64,000 bases of DNA from Fibrobacteria bacterium. GTDB taxonomy: Bacteria > Fibrobacterota > Chitinivibrionia > Chitinivibrionales > FEN-1185. The position numbers were made by a program, and so were the translations under genes. Position 1 is the stretch's first letter, and the number at the start of each line of letters is the position of its first letter. Location of the stretch: NCBI GenBank assembly GCA_037447435.1, contig JBBIGR010000020.1:1-64000 (forward strand), given 5' to 3'. Positions 47,421 to 57,840 of this stretch are shown here, one piece after another. The notes beneath the pieces were generated by a model that saw nothing but the letters and a program-made list of their open reading frames with translations, had not been told where the DNA came from and searched no databases.

Positions 47421-48296
47421 TTATTTGTACGAAATGACGTCTTTAAACCGCCGGTGAAACCAGCCGAAATAATGTTGCGGATACTTAGTTATCCATTGCG
47501 AAATGACATCGTTGTGCGCCTGTAATACCGCAGCAATGAATTCGTCTTCGTTGTCCCGCGATATCAAAATCGGCGCCGCTTCTTCGATCACAACCCGATA
47601 ACTGCCGTCTTTTTGCATAATTGCGTACGGCAAAACGATTCCGAAATCCAATTTCTGGAGCAAGCCGGCTACGGTGCGCACCGTATTCGCGGTTTTTCCC
47701 AAAAACGGCGCCGGTATTCCCTGCTCTGCGGAAAATTGATCTATAAGCATTGCGATAAGCCCGTTTCGCTTTAATACGACAATGATTTTCCGTAACGCAC
47801 CCGACGCGTAAATCGGGGTGACTTTCGATTGTTTTCGTTTGGCAAGAAGCCATTTTTCGACGAGCGGATTGTGCATGGGGCGGGCCAAAACATTGAGGTC
47901 GGAAAACACGGTGCCGAAAAAGGTCGCCATGAGTTCCCAATTGCCGAAATGAGCGAGCACGGCTATGAGCCCTTTTCCGTTTTTTAGCGCCTGATGAACC
48001 GCATCAAGGTTTTCTACGGTATAGGACGGCACTTTGTCGACCGGTCTGAGCATATCAACGGCATATTTGCCGACATTTGTGTACAGCTGCCTTGTTATTT
48101 CTTTTTGCCGGTCGGGCGGGTATAACCCGACATGGTCTAAATTTCTTTTTACGATTTTCCGATAAATGCCGAGATAATAGAGGGTAAGGCCGAAATTTTC
48201 TCCCGCAATCAGGGCTAATTTTCTGGGAACTACACCGATGCAGAATTCCAAAGACCGTAACAACACATATTCAAGAACATGGGAAAGCTTTTTCAT
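47421..48296 (-). CDS. Lipid A / lysophospholipid acyltransferase (LpxL/HtrB family)
   Basis: AHFGNWE, LIDQ, PFLG, YPQHYFGWFHRRFK. Confidence 0.9.
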   Translation of the reverse strand: MKKLSHVLEYVLLRSLEFCIGVVPRKLALIAGENFGLTLYYLGIYRKIVKRNLDHVGLYPPDRQKEITRQLYTNVGKYAVDMLRPVDKVPSYTVENLDAVHQALKNGKGLIAVLAHFGNWELMATFFGTVFSDLNVLARPMHNPLVEKWLLAKRKQSKVTPIYASGALRKIIVVLKRNGLIAMLIDQFSAEQGIPAPFLGKTANTVRTVAGLLQKLDFGIVLPYAIMQKDGSYRVVIEEAAPILISRDNEDEFIAAVLQAHNDVISQWITKYPQHYFGWFHRRFKDVISYK

Positions 48297-48617
48297 AGCA
48301 ATAAAATAACCTGTGCCGCGGTTGTTTTGACCATTTCAGAATGAGTTTTAGCCTTGTTTGATTATTTTCCTTATGAAGGTCTAAAAGAATAGAATAAAAA
48401 GAATCATGTACGTTTTCTTATAATATGATAAATAAATATTAGAAATTAAAATAAAAAATAAAAAAATGTAACTTACTAAAAAACAATTTGTTAATAATAT
48501 AAAAAGTAAGCTAATAGAAATAATTTAAAAAAATAAATAAAAATAAAATGGCATTTTACAAAAAAACTTTTTATATTATTTACAAGAACTCAGAGAGGGG
48601 ACTTTGAGGGAGGAAAA

Positions 48618-48661
48618 AAGGGCGATGCGTATGCGAAACGTACGCGTCGCCTTATTTTTTT
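48618..48661 (+). terminator. Intrinsic terminator in the leader of the ABC-F gene
   Basis: GGGCGATGCGTATG/CGTACGCGTCGCCT stem (G-U pairs on +) followed by ATTTTTTT; no + strand gene upstream. Confidence 0.7.
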
Positions 48662-48663
48662 AA
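48625..48663 (+). CDS. Putative leader peptide MRMRNVRVALFF
   Basis: GGGAGG at 48608-48613; ATG at 48625; ORF runs through the terminator to TAA. Confidence 0.45.
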   Translation: MRMRNVRVALFF

Positions 48664-48773
48664 AGACTGTAAAATTTAAAAGGATCTTAATACATTTGTG
48701 TATGAGGTCCTTTAGTATTTTTGTTGCGTACATTTTTGCAGTTTTTATTAAAAAAGGATGCAAACGCCAATTT

Positions 48774-50402
48774 ATGATTACTATTTCGAATATAACTAAG
48801 TATATGAGCGGTGTGCCGCTGTATGAAAATGCGGGATTTCAGATTTTTGCTGGGGAAAAAGTCGGCCTTGTCGGGCCGAACGGTGCGGGAAAAACCACAT
48901 TTTTTAAAATGATTGTCGGCGAGATAATTCCCGAGCAGGGAGAAGTGAGTATTCAGAATAATACCCGAATTGCCTATTTTTCCCAGAATGTCGGAGAGAT
49001 GCGGGGGCGGACCGCGCTTCAGGAGGTCATTGCCGGGCACGAGCGCGCAGGGCAGCTCGCTGCAAACTTGAAAACATATGAAGACAGGCTTTGCGATCCG
49101 GATCTTGACCCGCAGGAAATGGAAAAAATTCTTTCCAAAATGGGCGACGATCAAATCGAATTTGAAAAACTGGGCGGTTTCGAGATAGAAAACAATGCGC
49201 AGACGATACTCACCGGCCTCGGCATCATGCCCGTTGATTTCGACAAGCCCGTGGAGGATTTCAGCAGCGGTTGGAAAATGAGAATTGCCCTGGCAAAGGT
49301 TCTTATCGTCATGCCCGATTGCATCCTCATGGATGAGCCTACCAATTACCTCGACATGGAAACCATTTTATGGCTGGAAGACTGGCTGAGGAATTTTAAA
49401 GGTGCGGTTCTTATGACAACGCATGACCGCGATTTCATGAACAGGATCGTTAAAAAAATCGTAGAAGTTGCGAACGGGACCGTAACCACGTTTTCGGGAA
49501 ATTACGATTTTTACGAACAGGAAAAGGCCATACGCCTCAAACAGAATGAATCGGAATTCAACCGGCAGCAAAGCATGCTGAAAAAAGAACAGGAGTTCAT
49601 TGCACGGTTCAAGGCCAGGGCGAGTCATGCGGCCCAGGTTCAGTCCCGCGTTAAAATGCTTGATAAAATAGAGCGTGTCGAGCTGATCGGCGAAGGCGCG
49701 GAAATGAACATAGAGCTTCCCGAAATTCCGCGCGGCGGCGATGATGTCGTTGTCATCAAATCCCTGGCCAAATCGTTTGTGACTACCGGCGGTGATGAAA
49801 AAAAAGTGTTTTCCGGTTTAAGTGCGACGGTTCATCGCGGAGAAAAAATTGCCGTGGTGGGCGTGAACGGTGCGGGAAAATCCACCTTTTTAAGAATTGT
49901 TTGCAAATTGCTGGAACCTTCGCAGGGTGAGGCGGTTGTCGGGCCGAGTATCACTATCGGCTATTACGGGCAGCAAACGTTGGAAAAAATGGAACCGATG
50001 ATATCGGTATTCGAAGAGGTGCAAAGGAAATTGCCAAATGCGAATGATGCGGCGGTACGCAGCACTTTGGCCGCATTCCTGTTTCGGGGAAACGATATTT
50101 ACAAAAAAATAAAAACGCTGTCGGGCGGTGAAAAAACAAGGGTTGTGTTATCGCATTTGATCACCACACCGTATAATTGTTTGGTCCTGGATGAGCCTAC
50201 CAATCATCTCGACATAAAATCCCGGGAAATTCTCATGGATGCTTTGCAGCGCTATGAGGGTACATTACTGTTGGTTAGTCATGACCGTTTCTTTTTACGA
50301 GGAATCACCAATCGGGTTTTTGAAGTCGATCACGGCAAGATCACGGTATATGATGGAAACTACGAGTTTTATTTGGAAGAAAAGAAACGACTCGGACAAT
50401 AA
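48774..50402 (+). CDS. ABC-F family ribosome-binding ATPase
   Basis: Two ABC domains (GPNGAGKT, FSSGW, DEPTN; GVNGAGKS, LSGGE, DEPTNH), arm and linker, no TM. Confidence 0.95.
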   Translation: MITISNITKYMSGVPLYENAGFQIFAGEKVGLVGPNGAGKTTFFKMIVGEIIPEQGEVSIQNNTRIAYFSQNVGEMRGRTALQEVIAGHERAGQLAANLKTYEDRLCDPDLDPQEMEKILSKMGDDQIEFEKLGGFEIENNAQTILTGLGIMPVDFDKPVEDFSSGWKMRIALAKVLIVMPDCILMDEPTNYLDMETILWLEDWLRNFKGAVLMTTHDRDFMNRIVKKIVEVANGTVTTFSGNYDFYEQEKAIRLKQNESEFNRQQSMLKKEQEFIARFKARASHAAQVQSRVKMLDKIERVELIGEGAEMNIELPEIPRGGDDVVVIKSLAKSFVTTGGDEKKVFSGLSATVHRGEKIAVVGVNGAGKSTFLRIVCKLLEPSQGEAVVGPSITIGYYGQQTLEKMEPMISVFEEVQRKLPNANDAAVRSTLAAFLFRGNDIYKKIKTLSGGEKTRVVLSHLITTPYNCLVLDEPTNHLDIKSREILMDALQRYEGTLLLVSHDRFFLRGITNRVFEVDHGKITVYDGNYEFYLEEKKRLGQ

Positions 50403-50755
50403 CTGCTTCGAGGGTATGTGTCGTCGAAGTAAGTTGTTACTCGTTTGTGACTATAAGGGCTCGCGATGCTTTTGAAACCTGCTTTTTTCTTCCCCTAAAC
50501 ACATGGCATTATTGATTTGTATCATCAGTTTATTGTTTTAAATATTATTCTAAATAAATATTAATATTGTAACGAAATTTTTAATATAAATAAAAATGAA
50601 AGTATTTTTAATTAATAATAGCAAATAATTATATAATTGTATAAATAGTATATTAATAACGTTTTAAAAAAAATAAACATTTTTAGAAAAAAATCCTATA
50701 TTACTATTAAAATATACTTGTATTTTTTCTACAAATTCATCGCGCCGGGGGGAGT

Positions 50756-51922
50756 ATGAAAAAACTGAAATCCATAGTTGCGATCTTGTTTTGCTTTGGA
50801 TTTTTCACAATATCGTTAGCAGCTTTGAGTGCCGATGACCAGGCCATTGCCGATAAGTTTTTGAAGCGTTCGCATACCTTAAGCGGCGTGACAACATTAC
50901 CCTATCGACTTTTTGTTCCTGCCAATTACTCGAAAACGACACGGTATCCTTTAGTCCTTACCCTGCACGGCGGCGGGGAAAGGGGAAATGACAATGTTGC
51001 GCAAATCACCGGACATATTCTTGCCGTTGTTTGGGCCAGGGATTCAAATCAAACCAAGCATCCCTGTTTTGTCCTGTCTCCGCAAATGCCCGCAGGTGCA
51101 AATTGGGCACCAATGTGGGAAGGTATTGTCGGCTCCTATTCCTTAACGCGAGGTGAAACCGATCCGATGAAAGTCGCGATTGCAATTGTGGATTCGCTTC
51201 GCAGAGAATTTTCCATCGATTCGACGCGCATATATGTGACCGGAATGTCCCGGGGCGGTTATGGGACATGGGACGCGGTGGAACGCTTTCCCAAACTGTT
51301 TGCCGCAGGCGGAGCAATGGCCGGCGGCGGCGATTCGTCGCTTGCGGTCGTAAAGGGGATAAACGACGTTGCAATGTGGGCTTTTCATTGTCAGGACGAT
51401 AACACGGTGCAACCCGCAGGCTCACGTCAAATGATTGCGGCGCTTGCGAAAGCCGGGCGCCAGGCAGTTATCACCAATTACAATATCGGAAGCGGCACGG
51501 GCCCTAATTTGACCAATAAACAAATGGATTCTCTCATGAAAACAAACCCCAAACTGTTGTATTCGGAATATTTAAACGGCGGGCACGAAGGATCGTGGCA
51601 TGCGGTCAGCGGATATCCGAATACGGAACGCGGCTTTGACAATCCGTTTTACATCGATTGGCTTATGGCCCAAAAAAGGCCGGTCGCGACAACGGTTTCG
51701 CAAAAATCGGCATTTGCCGCAGACAGGGAAACGCAAGCAGGATTTTCCCGTAAAGTAATAGCGACGAATGCTTCCATTGCATTTCCCCTGCAAATGAAAA
51801 ATTCCAGAATTTCATTGTATTCGGTTACAGGCCAAAACCTGGGTGAGTTTACCCTGAATTGCGAAGCCCGGATAGAAAATGTCCGGCTATCGGGTATTGT
51901 CCTGTATAAAACTGTAAAGTGA
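50756..51922 (+). CDS. Secreted alpha/beta hydrolase (esterase / predicted peptidase), paralog 1
   Basis: Signal peptide, LPYRLFVP, LHGGGERG, GMSRGG, DDNTV, GGHEG; C-terminal YSVTGQ tail. Confidence 0.85.
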   Translation: MKKLKSIVAILFCFGFFTISLAALSADDQAIADKFLKRSHTLSGVTTLPYRLFVPANYSKTTRYPLVLTLHGGGERGNDNVAQITGHILAVVWARDSNQTKHPCFVLSPQMPAGANWAPMWEGIVGSYSLTRGETDPMKVAIAIVDSLRREFSIDSTRIYVTGMSRGGYGTWDAVERFPKLFAAGGAMAGGGDSSLAVVKGINDVAMWAFHCQDDNTVQPAGSRQMIAALAKAGRQAVITNYNIGSGTGPNLTNKQMDSLMKTNPKLLYSEYLNGGHEGSWHAVSGYPNTERGFDNPFYIDWLMAQKRPVATTVSQKSAFAADRETQAGFSRKVIATNASIAFPLQMKNSRISLYSVTGQNLGEFTLNCEARIENVRLSGIVLYKTVK

Positions 51923-51979
51923 TAAAAATATGTACAACAACGGTTAATTATGTCTGACGGGAAATAATGGGGGCAATAC

Positions 51980-53194
51980 ATGAAACCGGGTTTAGTATTT
52001 CGAGCTGCGGTTATTTGTTTGGTTTTGCAGGTTTCTTCGCAGGCAAGTATCTCTGCGCAAGATCAGGCGATTGTCAATACGTTCCTGTATCGGTCGCATA
52101 CGGCATCGAACGTGACGTTGCCGTACCGGCTTTTTGTCCCGAAAAACATGATTGCCAGCGAACGGTATCCTTTAGTCGTAACCCTGCACGGTGCCGGCGA
52201 GGTGGGCAACAACAATACCAATCAGGTGAACGCACATCCTATCGCGGCTATTTGGGCGCGTGATTCCAATCAGGCCAAGCAGAAATGTTTTGTGGCATCA
52301 CCCCAGGCGCCGTCGTGGGACCAGCGATGGTGCGATTTTCCAAGCGGTATTACCGGAACGTATTCCACGGACAAAATTTCCGAAAACAACCAGATGCGAT
52401 GTGTCAAGGCGATCATAGACTCCCTTCGCAGGGCCTATCCCATAGACTCGAATCGCATTTACATTTGCGGAATGTCGATGGGCGGGTTCGGTACTTTCGA
52501 TGCAATACTCCGGTATCCGACATTGTTTGCCGCCGCAGCCGTCATGTGCGGAGGCGGGGATTCCGCAACGCTGAAATTAAGCAGCATCAAAGACGTTTCA
52601 CTGTGGTTTTTCCATTCGAACAACGACGGAACCGTACCGCCGTCATGCTCGCGCATACTGATCGCGGCGCTGCAAAAGCTCGGCCGTAAACTTGCAATCA
52701 CCAATTGCGTTCCGGGTACCGGCACCTGTCCCAACCTCAGCGGACCGCAAATGGATTCCCTTATGAAAACGAACCCGACATTTATTTCTTCGGAGTATAC
52801 CGGCGGCGATCATGAGGGCGGATGGCGCGATGTGAGCACGTCGACAATCAAGGGACGCGGTTGCGATAATCCGTTCTTTGTCGCATGGATGCTTTCGCAA
52901 AAAAGGCCGCTTGCAGCGACGCCGGTGCGCGCGGATGGGCTTTTGCACAATAAATCCGTTCCCGCAAACAACGCAAAAGCCGTGATGTATGGTAGCAACG
53001 GTATCGTACTTCCCGACGAATTGCGCGGATCTTTTTTTGCCGTATATTCGCTGACCGGACAGCTCGTAGGCAACGCGTTTGTCGGGAAAAACGGAACGGT
53101 CTCGATACGTGCGTCGCATACCTTCGGTAAAGGCGGAGTCGTTGTTTTGCGGCCCGTGCAAACAGAACCGGCGATCGACACGAAGAAACCTTAG
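51980..53194 (+). CDS. Secreted alpha/beta hydrolase, paralog 2
   Basis: Signal peptide, LPYRLFVP, LHGAGE, GMSMGG, NDGTV, GDHEG; C-terminal YSLTGQ tail. Confidence 0.85.
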   Translation: MKPGLVFRAAVICLVLQVSSQASISAQDQAIVNTFLYRSHTASNVTLPYRLFVPKNMIASERYPLVVTLHGAGEVGNNNTNQVNAHPIAAIWARDSNQAKQKCFVASPQAPSWDQRWCDFPSGITGTYSTDKISENNQMRCVKAIIDSLRRAYPIDSNRIYICGMSMGGFGTFDAILRYPTLFAAAAVMCGGGDSATLKLSSIKDVSLWFFHSNNDGTVPPSCSRILIAALQKLGRKLAITNCVPGTGTCPNLSGPQMDSLMKTNPTFISSEYTGGDHEGGWRDVSTSTIKGRGCDNPFFVAWMLSQKRPLAATPVRADGLLHNKSVPANNAKAVMYGSNGIVLPDELRGSFFAVYSLTGQLVGNAFVGKNGTVSIRASHTFGKGGVVVLRPVQTEPAIDTKKP

Positions 53195-54723
53195 TTCCCG
53201 GAAAAAATCACGAGCGGTTTTTGTAAGTAAACAAGAATCGGAATGAATTTGAGCTTTGTATACACGAGAATACTTGTGCCGGACAGGAAAATGCCGTAGC
53301 AGACCGCAAACGATATATAGCGAAGCCGGATGTCCCACGATGAAAAAACAGTGTCGAACAAGTGAAATGCGTAAATTCCGAACAGCAATAAACCAAAGTT
53401 GAGCAACACCGGAATAGTCAAAACCTGCCTGCAAAACCGCACGGTCCCGATCCTGAGAAGTTTATTGATTAATATGACAAGGATGGTGGCGCCCACGGCA
53501 TACGCCGTTGCGGTGCCTATGACGATTCCGCGAAACCCGAAAAGCTTGCAAAGCGTATACGATAAAACGATGTTGCATATCGCCATAATCGCATTCGACA
53601 AGGTTTCGCGTTCCGGTTTGCCCATTCCTTTCGCAATCGAACTGCCGACACCGGTCAGCAGGATGAACATGGTGCCGACAAGCAATATTCGAAACACATA
53701 TGCGCTTTGCGGGTCGACAGCCGGGCCGATCCATAAAAACAATATGGAATGCGCTTGAGGATAAAAAAAGGCTATGATGCCGAAAAAAAGAGCCGCACAA
53801 TATTTTGTCCCGTTTTCATAGAGATGAATGAGCGCTTTTAAGTCGTTGTTTGAATTAAGCTCCGATGCGCGTGAAAACACGATGCTGAAAAACATCATTG
53901 GTAAATCGCGGAGAAACAGGATGATTTTGGATCCTATATCGTAAATCACCACATACCGGGCATCGAGCATTTTTGCGAGTATCAGTTTGTCGAAATTCAA
54001 GGCAACCCAGTTCGAGAAAAATGATATTTGAATTTTTATGCCGAACCCGTACATGACTGCAACTTTTTCCCATTTGAAAAAACGGGGAGAAATGGACAGC
54101 GTCGGAATAATCCGTATGCTGATCCAAATATGCAAAACCAGCACAACCAGATTACCCACGAAAGTGGCGATGATAAGCGCTTCGATTTTAAACTTGTTGG
54201 CGAGCAGGGCCACGACAAGGCCCACATAGAGAAGGCGCGACGCAATGGACATGACGCTTGTTATATCGAACCGCTGACAGCCTTGCGGTATCGAAAGGAA
54301 AATCTGGTCGACGAGAGCGACGCACGAGGTAAGAACGATGAACATGAACAGCATGTTGACGTGTGAAGAATAATTCGATTTTAAAAGGAAGGAGAGTACG
54401 GGCGGTGAAAAAACGAATGCGATGATGACGACAATAAAAGATAATAGGAGAAGTAAATAAAACGCCGTTGAAATGAACTCGTTTAAATTACGGATTTCCC
54501 TGCGGGCATGATACTCTGCGATGAATTTTCGAAACGAGGTGGAAATACCGAATTGGGCCAGCATAAGGTAATCGAGAACGGAAAGGAAAATGACCCAGAT
54601 ACTGTAAATGTTCACGCCGAGATGATGGATGATGAAAGGAATAAGCAACACGCCGGTTATTGCCGACACGCCTTTGTCTACAAACGAATATGCGGTATTT
54701 GTGGGAATGGATTTTCGCTTCAT
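53191..54723 (-). CDS. Oligosaccharide flippase (Wzx/MOP family)
   Basis: About 12-14 TMs, PFIIHHLG, FDKLIL...VVIYDI; start at ATG 54723. Confidence 0.85.
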   Translation of the reverse strand: MKRKSIPTNTAYSFVDKGVSAITGVLLIPFIIHHLGVNIYSIWVIFLSVLDYLMLAQFGISTSFRKFIAEYHARREIRNLNEFISTAFYLLLLLSFIVVIIAFVFSPPVLSFLLKSNYSSHVNMLFMFIVLTSCVALVDQIFLSIPQGCQRFDITSVMSIASRLLYVGLVVALLANKFKIEALIIATFVGNLVVLVLHIWISIRIIPTLSISPRFFKWEKVAVMYGFGIKIQISFFSNWVALNFDKLILAKMLDARYVVIYDIGSKIILFLRDLPMMFFSIVFSRASELNSNNDLKALIHLYENGTKYCAALFFGIIAFFYPQAHSILFLWIGPAVDPQSAYVFRILLVGTMFILLTGVGSSIAKGMGKPERETLSNAIMAICNIVLSYTLCKLFGFRGIVIGTATAYAVGATILVILINKLLRIGTVRFCRQVLTIPVLLNFGLLLFGIYAFHLFDTVFSSWDIRLRYISFAVCYGIFLSGTSILVYTKLKFIPILVYLQKPLVIFSGN

Positions 54724-54906
54724 TATGCCCGTAAAAATATGTGGCATTTGAAATGGGGGCAAGGGGTAATATTAAAAACAAGCAGTGGTAAACTTCGCTC
54801 TCCACGATTGCTTCGGAGAGCATGCCGCAACCGGAGATTTTAAGCCAGGATACTGCCTTGGCGTCCCGGCCTTAAATAACAATGGAAAATGCGAATTCCG
54901 ATGGTT

Positions 54907-55587
54907 TTATCGGGAAACCATAAACTTTTGCGTCGCTATGACCCGGCCGTTCGTTTCCATTGTCATAAGGTAAACGCCGGGAGTCGCGCTCAACCGGGCC
55001 GCCGGCCCGACCGCGGTTTCATTGACCAAAATTCCTTGTGCGTTAAATATTTTCACGACATAATTCCCGGGTTGCGAATTGACAAAATTAAAAAGGCCCC
55101 TTCCGTTACCCTGGAGTATGGGTAGGGGGTTTTGGGTCGATTTTTTTGCGGACATTCCGGTTTGTACATTTGTCCCGGACGTGACGACGAATTCGCCGAT
55201 TTTGACGGGCAAGACCGCGATCATTGGACATAACCGGGGAGGCGGGCAATAAAACGATTGCTCGCGGAAAATCGAATACTTTCCTGCCGGAAGTTTTCCG
55301 CCTTTAAAGGCATGCCAGGTGCCGGCGACAAGGCATTTACATGTTGCACAGAGGTCGGTATTAAGGGAAAACGACAGGTACACAATGCTGTCCGAAACGC
55401 CGACAACTGGATTTACAAATTCGGAACAGCAGCAGGCGTTGGCATTGTAATAATTGTACGTGATGGAGTCTTTTACGGTCGGATGAGCCGGTACGGTATA
55501 AACCGAATCCCCTTGGGAACCGATTTGCGCAAATGAACAAAGGGCAAAAACAAAGCAAACGATTATTGCGTTTTTAAAAGTTTTCAT
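54907..55587 (-). CDS. Secreted Cys-rich protein with T9SS-like C-terminal tail
   Basis: Signal peptide; ACCCS, CATCKC, CPPPRLCP; tail VKIFNAQG...PGVYLM...TQKFMV. Confidence 0.7.
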   Translation of the reverse strand: MKTFKNAIIVCFVFALCSFAQIGSQGDSVYTVPAHPTVKDSITYNYYNANACCCSEFVNPVVGVSDSIVYLSFSLNTDLCATCKCLVAGTWHAFKGGKLPAGKYSIFREQSFYCPPPRLCPMIAVLPVKIGEFVVTSGTNVQTGMSAKKSTQNPLPILQGNGRGLFNFVNSQPGNYVVKIFNAQGILVNETAVGPAARLSATPGVYLMTMETNGRVIATQKFMVSR

Positions 55588-55846
55588 AGTGTGCTCCTTG
55601 ATTTATAGGCTACCTTCCTGTCTGCATTAATAAATATAAGCATAGTTTTCCGGATTTAGTCGGAATCAGTATAAAAATCGCTTCCCACGGTGAGCACATC
55701 CGCGTATAAATTGCAGCATGGTGGCATGACAGCAGGAACCGATTATTTTATGGAAGGAAAAAATCGTCTTATTCCAGAGGCCGGCCCGTATATTGCACGG
55801 GTAACCATTTGTATTTTTTTTAATTTATGCAGAATCGAAAAATTGT

Positions 55847-56830
55847 ATGAAATGCATTGTCATGTTTTCAGGAGGTTTGGACAGCACCATTGCCGTTCAT
55901 ATGATGCAGCGGCAGGGGCTCGATGTATTGGCATTGCATTTTGTGTTGCCGTTTTATTCGGGCATCGGGTTGTCGCATGCGGGAATTAAAGCAAGGGCTG
56001 CCGCGCTCAATGTCCCGCTGCGTATCGAAGAGGAAGGCCAGGAATATCTGGATATGTTCCGAACACGGTTGTACGGGTTCGGAAAGAACATCAATCCCTG
56101 CGTGGATTGCAGAATACACCGGCTTACCAAAGCCGCAATCATCATGAAGCAGGAAGGCGCTTCTTTTATCGCGACGGGCGAAGTCGTTGGCCAGCGACCC
56201 ATGTCGCAACGGCGGGATTGCTTGACAATTATAGAAAACGAAAGCGGGCTTAAAGGGCTTATTTTACGGCCCCTCTGCGCCAAAACAATGAAACCGACGC
56301 TTGCCGAAGAAAACGGATGGGTGCAACGCGATGAATTGTTCGGTTGGGGCGGACGGGGACGAAAATCCCAAATGGCCTATGCCGAAAAATTCAACTTGTC
56401 GTATCCGACGCCTGCCGGAGGGTGCTTGCTTACCCACGCGCGTTCCGCCGAACGCTATGCCGACTTGGCAAAATATAATCCCGAATTTTCGATAAACGAT
56501 TTCAAACTGGTCGCCCACGGCAGGCATTTCAGGCTGAGTCCCCGTTCGAAACTTATCATGGCACGATACGACAGCGAAAACGATCCGATTTTAAATCTTG
56601 CACAGCCCCAAGATTGGCTGGTGAATGTCTGCGATATCATAGGGCCGCTGGGCATATTGCGCGGCGATGCCGACGATGAACTGATAAAGAAGGCCTGCGC
56701 TATTTTTACGAAATATACCCGGGCCCGGGATATGCAAATCGCTACCGTCAAACTTGAACGCGCCGGTGAAACGCGAATCGTAGCGGTTGTTCCGGCCAAT
56801 GAAACGGAATGCGAAAGCGTACGGGTATGA
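55847..56830 (+). CDS. tRNA thiouridylase-like PP-loop protein (ThiI/MnmA-like)
   Basis: FSGGLDS, NPCVDCR, TGEVVGQRPMSQ, PAGGCLLT, GRHFRL. Confidence 0.85.
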   Translation: MKCIVMFSGGLDSTIAVHMMQRQGLDVLALHFVLPFYSGIGLSHAGIKARAAALNVPLRIEEEGQEYLDMFRTRLYGFGKNINPCVDCRIHRLTKAAIIMKQEGASFIATGEVVGQRPMSQRRDCLTIIENESGLKGLILRPLCAKTMKPTLAEENGWVQRDELFGWGGRGRKSQMAYAEKFNLSYPTPAGGCLLTHARSAERYADLAKYNPEFSINDFKLVAHGRHFRLSPRSKLIMARYDSENDPILNLAQPQDWLVNVCDIIGPLGILRGDADDELIKKACAIFTKYTRARDMQIATVKLERAGETRIVAVVPANETECESVRV

Positions 56831-56832
56831 AT

Positions 56833-57819
56833 ATGAAGGCCATGGTCCTGGAAAAAACCGGCGGGCCTCTGGTGCTGCAAAACATTCCCGTTGGCAAACC
56901 CGGTCCCTGCGACGTTTTGATCCGCATCAGCGTCTGCGGCGTATGCCGTACCGACCTTCACATTCTGCACGGGGAACTCTACAAAGCAAAATTGCCGCTT
57001 ATTATGGGACATGAAATTGTCGGCACTGTTGTTGCTTTGGGAGAAAACGCCCGAGCGTTTTCGATCGGCGAACGGGTCGGCGTTCCATGGCTTGGGCAAA
57101 CCTGCGGGACCTGCGGGTATTGCATGAAGGCTAAAGAAAATTTATGCGACGAAGCACTGTTTACCGGATACACGAAAAACGGCGGCTATGCCGAATATGC
57201 CGTTGCCGACGAAAAGTATTGTTTTAGAATTCCTTCGTATTTTGACGATGTGTCGGCAGCGCCGTTGCTGTGCGCAGGCCTGATAGGCTACAGGGCCTTT
57301 GCCATGGTCCCGTCCGATGCCGTGAACATTGGACTGTACGGATTCGGCGCTGCGGCGCATATCATCGCACAGATCGCGGTTTTTTTGGGGAAACGGGTGT
57401 ATGCCTTTACAAAACCGCATGATACGGAGACGCAGGATTTCGCAAGGAGCCTCGGCGCCGTTTGGGCGGCCGATTCCTCGCAAATGCCGCCCGAAAAACT
57501 TGACGCAGCAATAATTTTCGCACCCATGGGCGCATTGGTTCCCCTTGCACTTAGGGCATGCGATAAGGGCGCCACGGTTGTTTGCGGCGGGATACACATG
57601 AGCGACATTCCCTCGTTTTCCTATGATATCTTATGGGGCGAACGCGTGATCAGGTCCGTCGCCAATCTTACTCGTAAAGATGCCGAGGATGGTTTGGCCC
57701 TTGCGGCAAAAGTGCCCGTGAAAATCCGCACGACGGCCTACGGCCTTACACAGGCAAACGTGGCGTTGGATGCGGTTGAAAAGGGGAAACATGACGGCGC
57801 AGTCGTCCTTGTCATTTGA
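56833..57819 (+). CDS. Zinc-dependent alcohol dehydrogenase
   Basis: CGVCRTDLH, GHEIVG, CGTCGYC...NLC, GLYGFGAA. Confidence 0.95.
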   Translation: MKAMVLEKTGGPLVLQNIPVGKPGPCDVLIRISVCGVCRTDLHILHGELYKAKLPLIMGHEIVGTVVALGENARAFSIGERVGVPWLGQTCGTCGYCMKAKENLCDEALFTGYTKNGGYAEYAVADEKYCFRIPSYFDDVSAAPLLCAGLIGYRAFAMVPSDAVNIGLYGFGAAAHIIAQIAVFLGKRVYAFTKPHDTETQDFARSLGAVWAADSSQMPPEKLDAAIIFAPMGALVPLALRACDKGATVVCGGIHMSDIPSFSYDILWGERVIRSVANLTRKDAEDGLALAAKVPVKIRTTAYGLTQANVALDAVEKGKHDGAVVLVI

Positions 57820-57840
57820 ATTTCATCCGCGCCGCTTTCT

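Noticed and set aside
54790..54880. Riboswitch upstream of the flippase
   Set aside because: Two hairpins are present but no recognisable aptamer consensus; more likely 3' end structures of the upstream gene.
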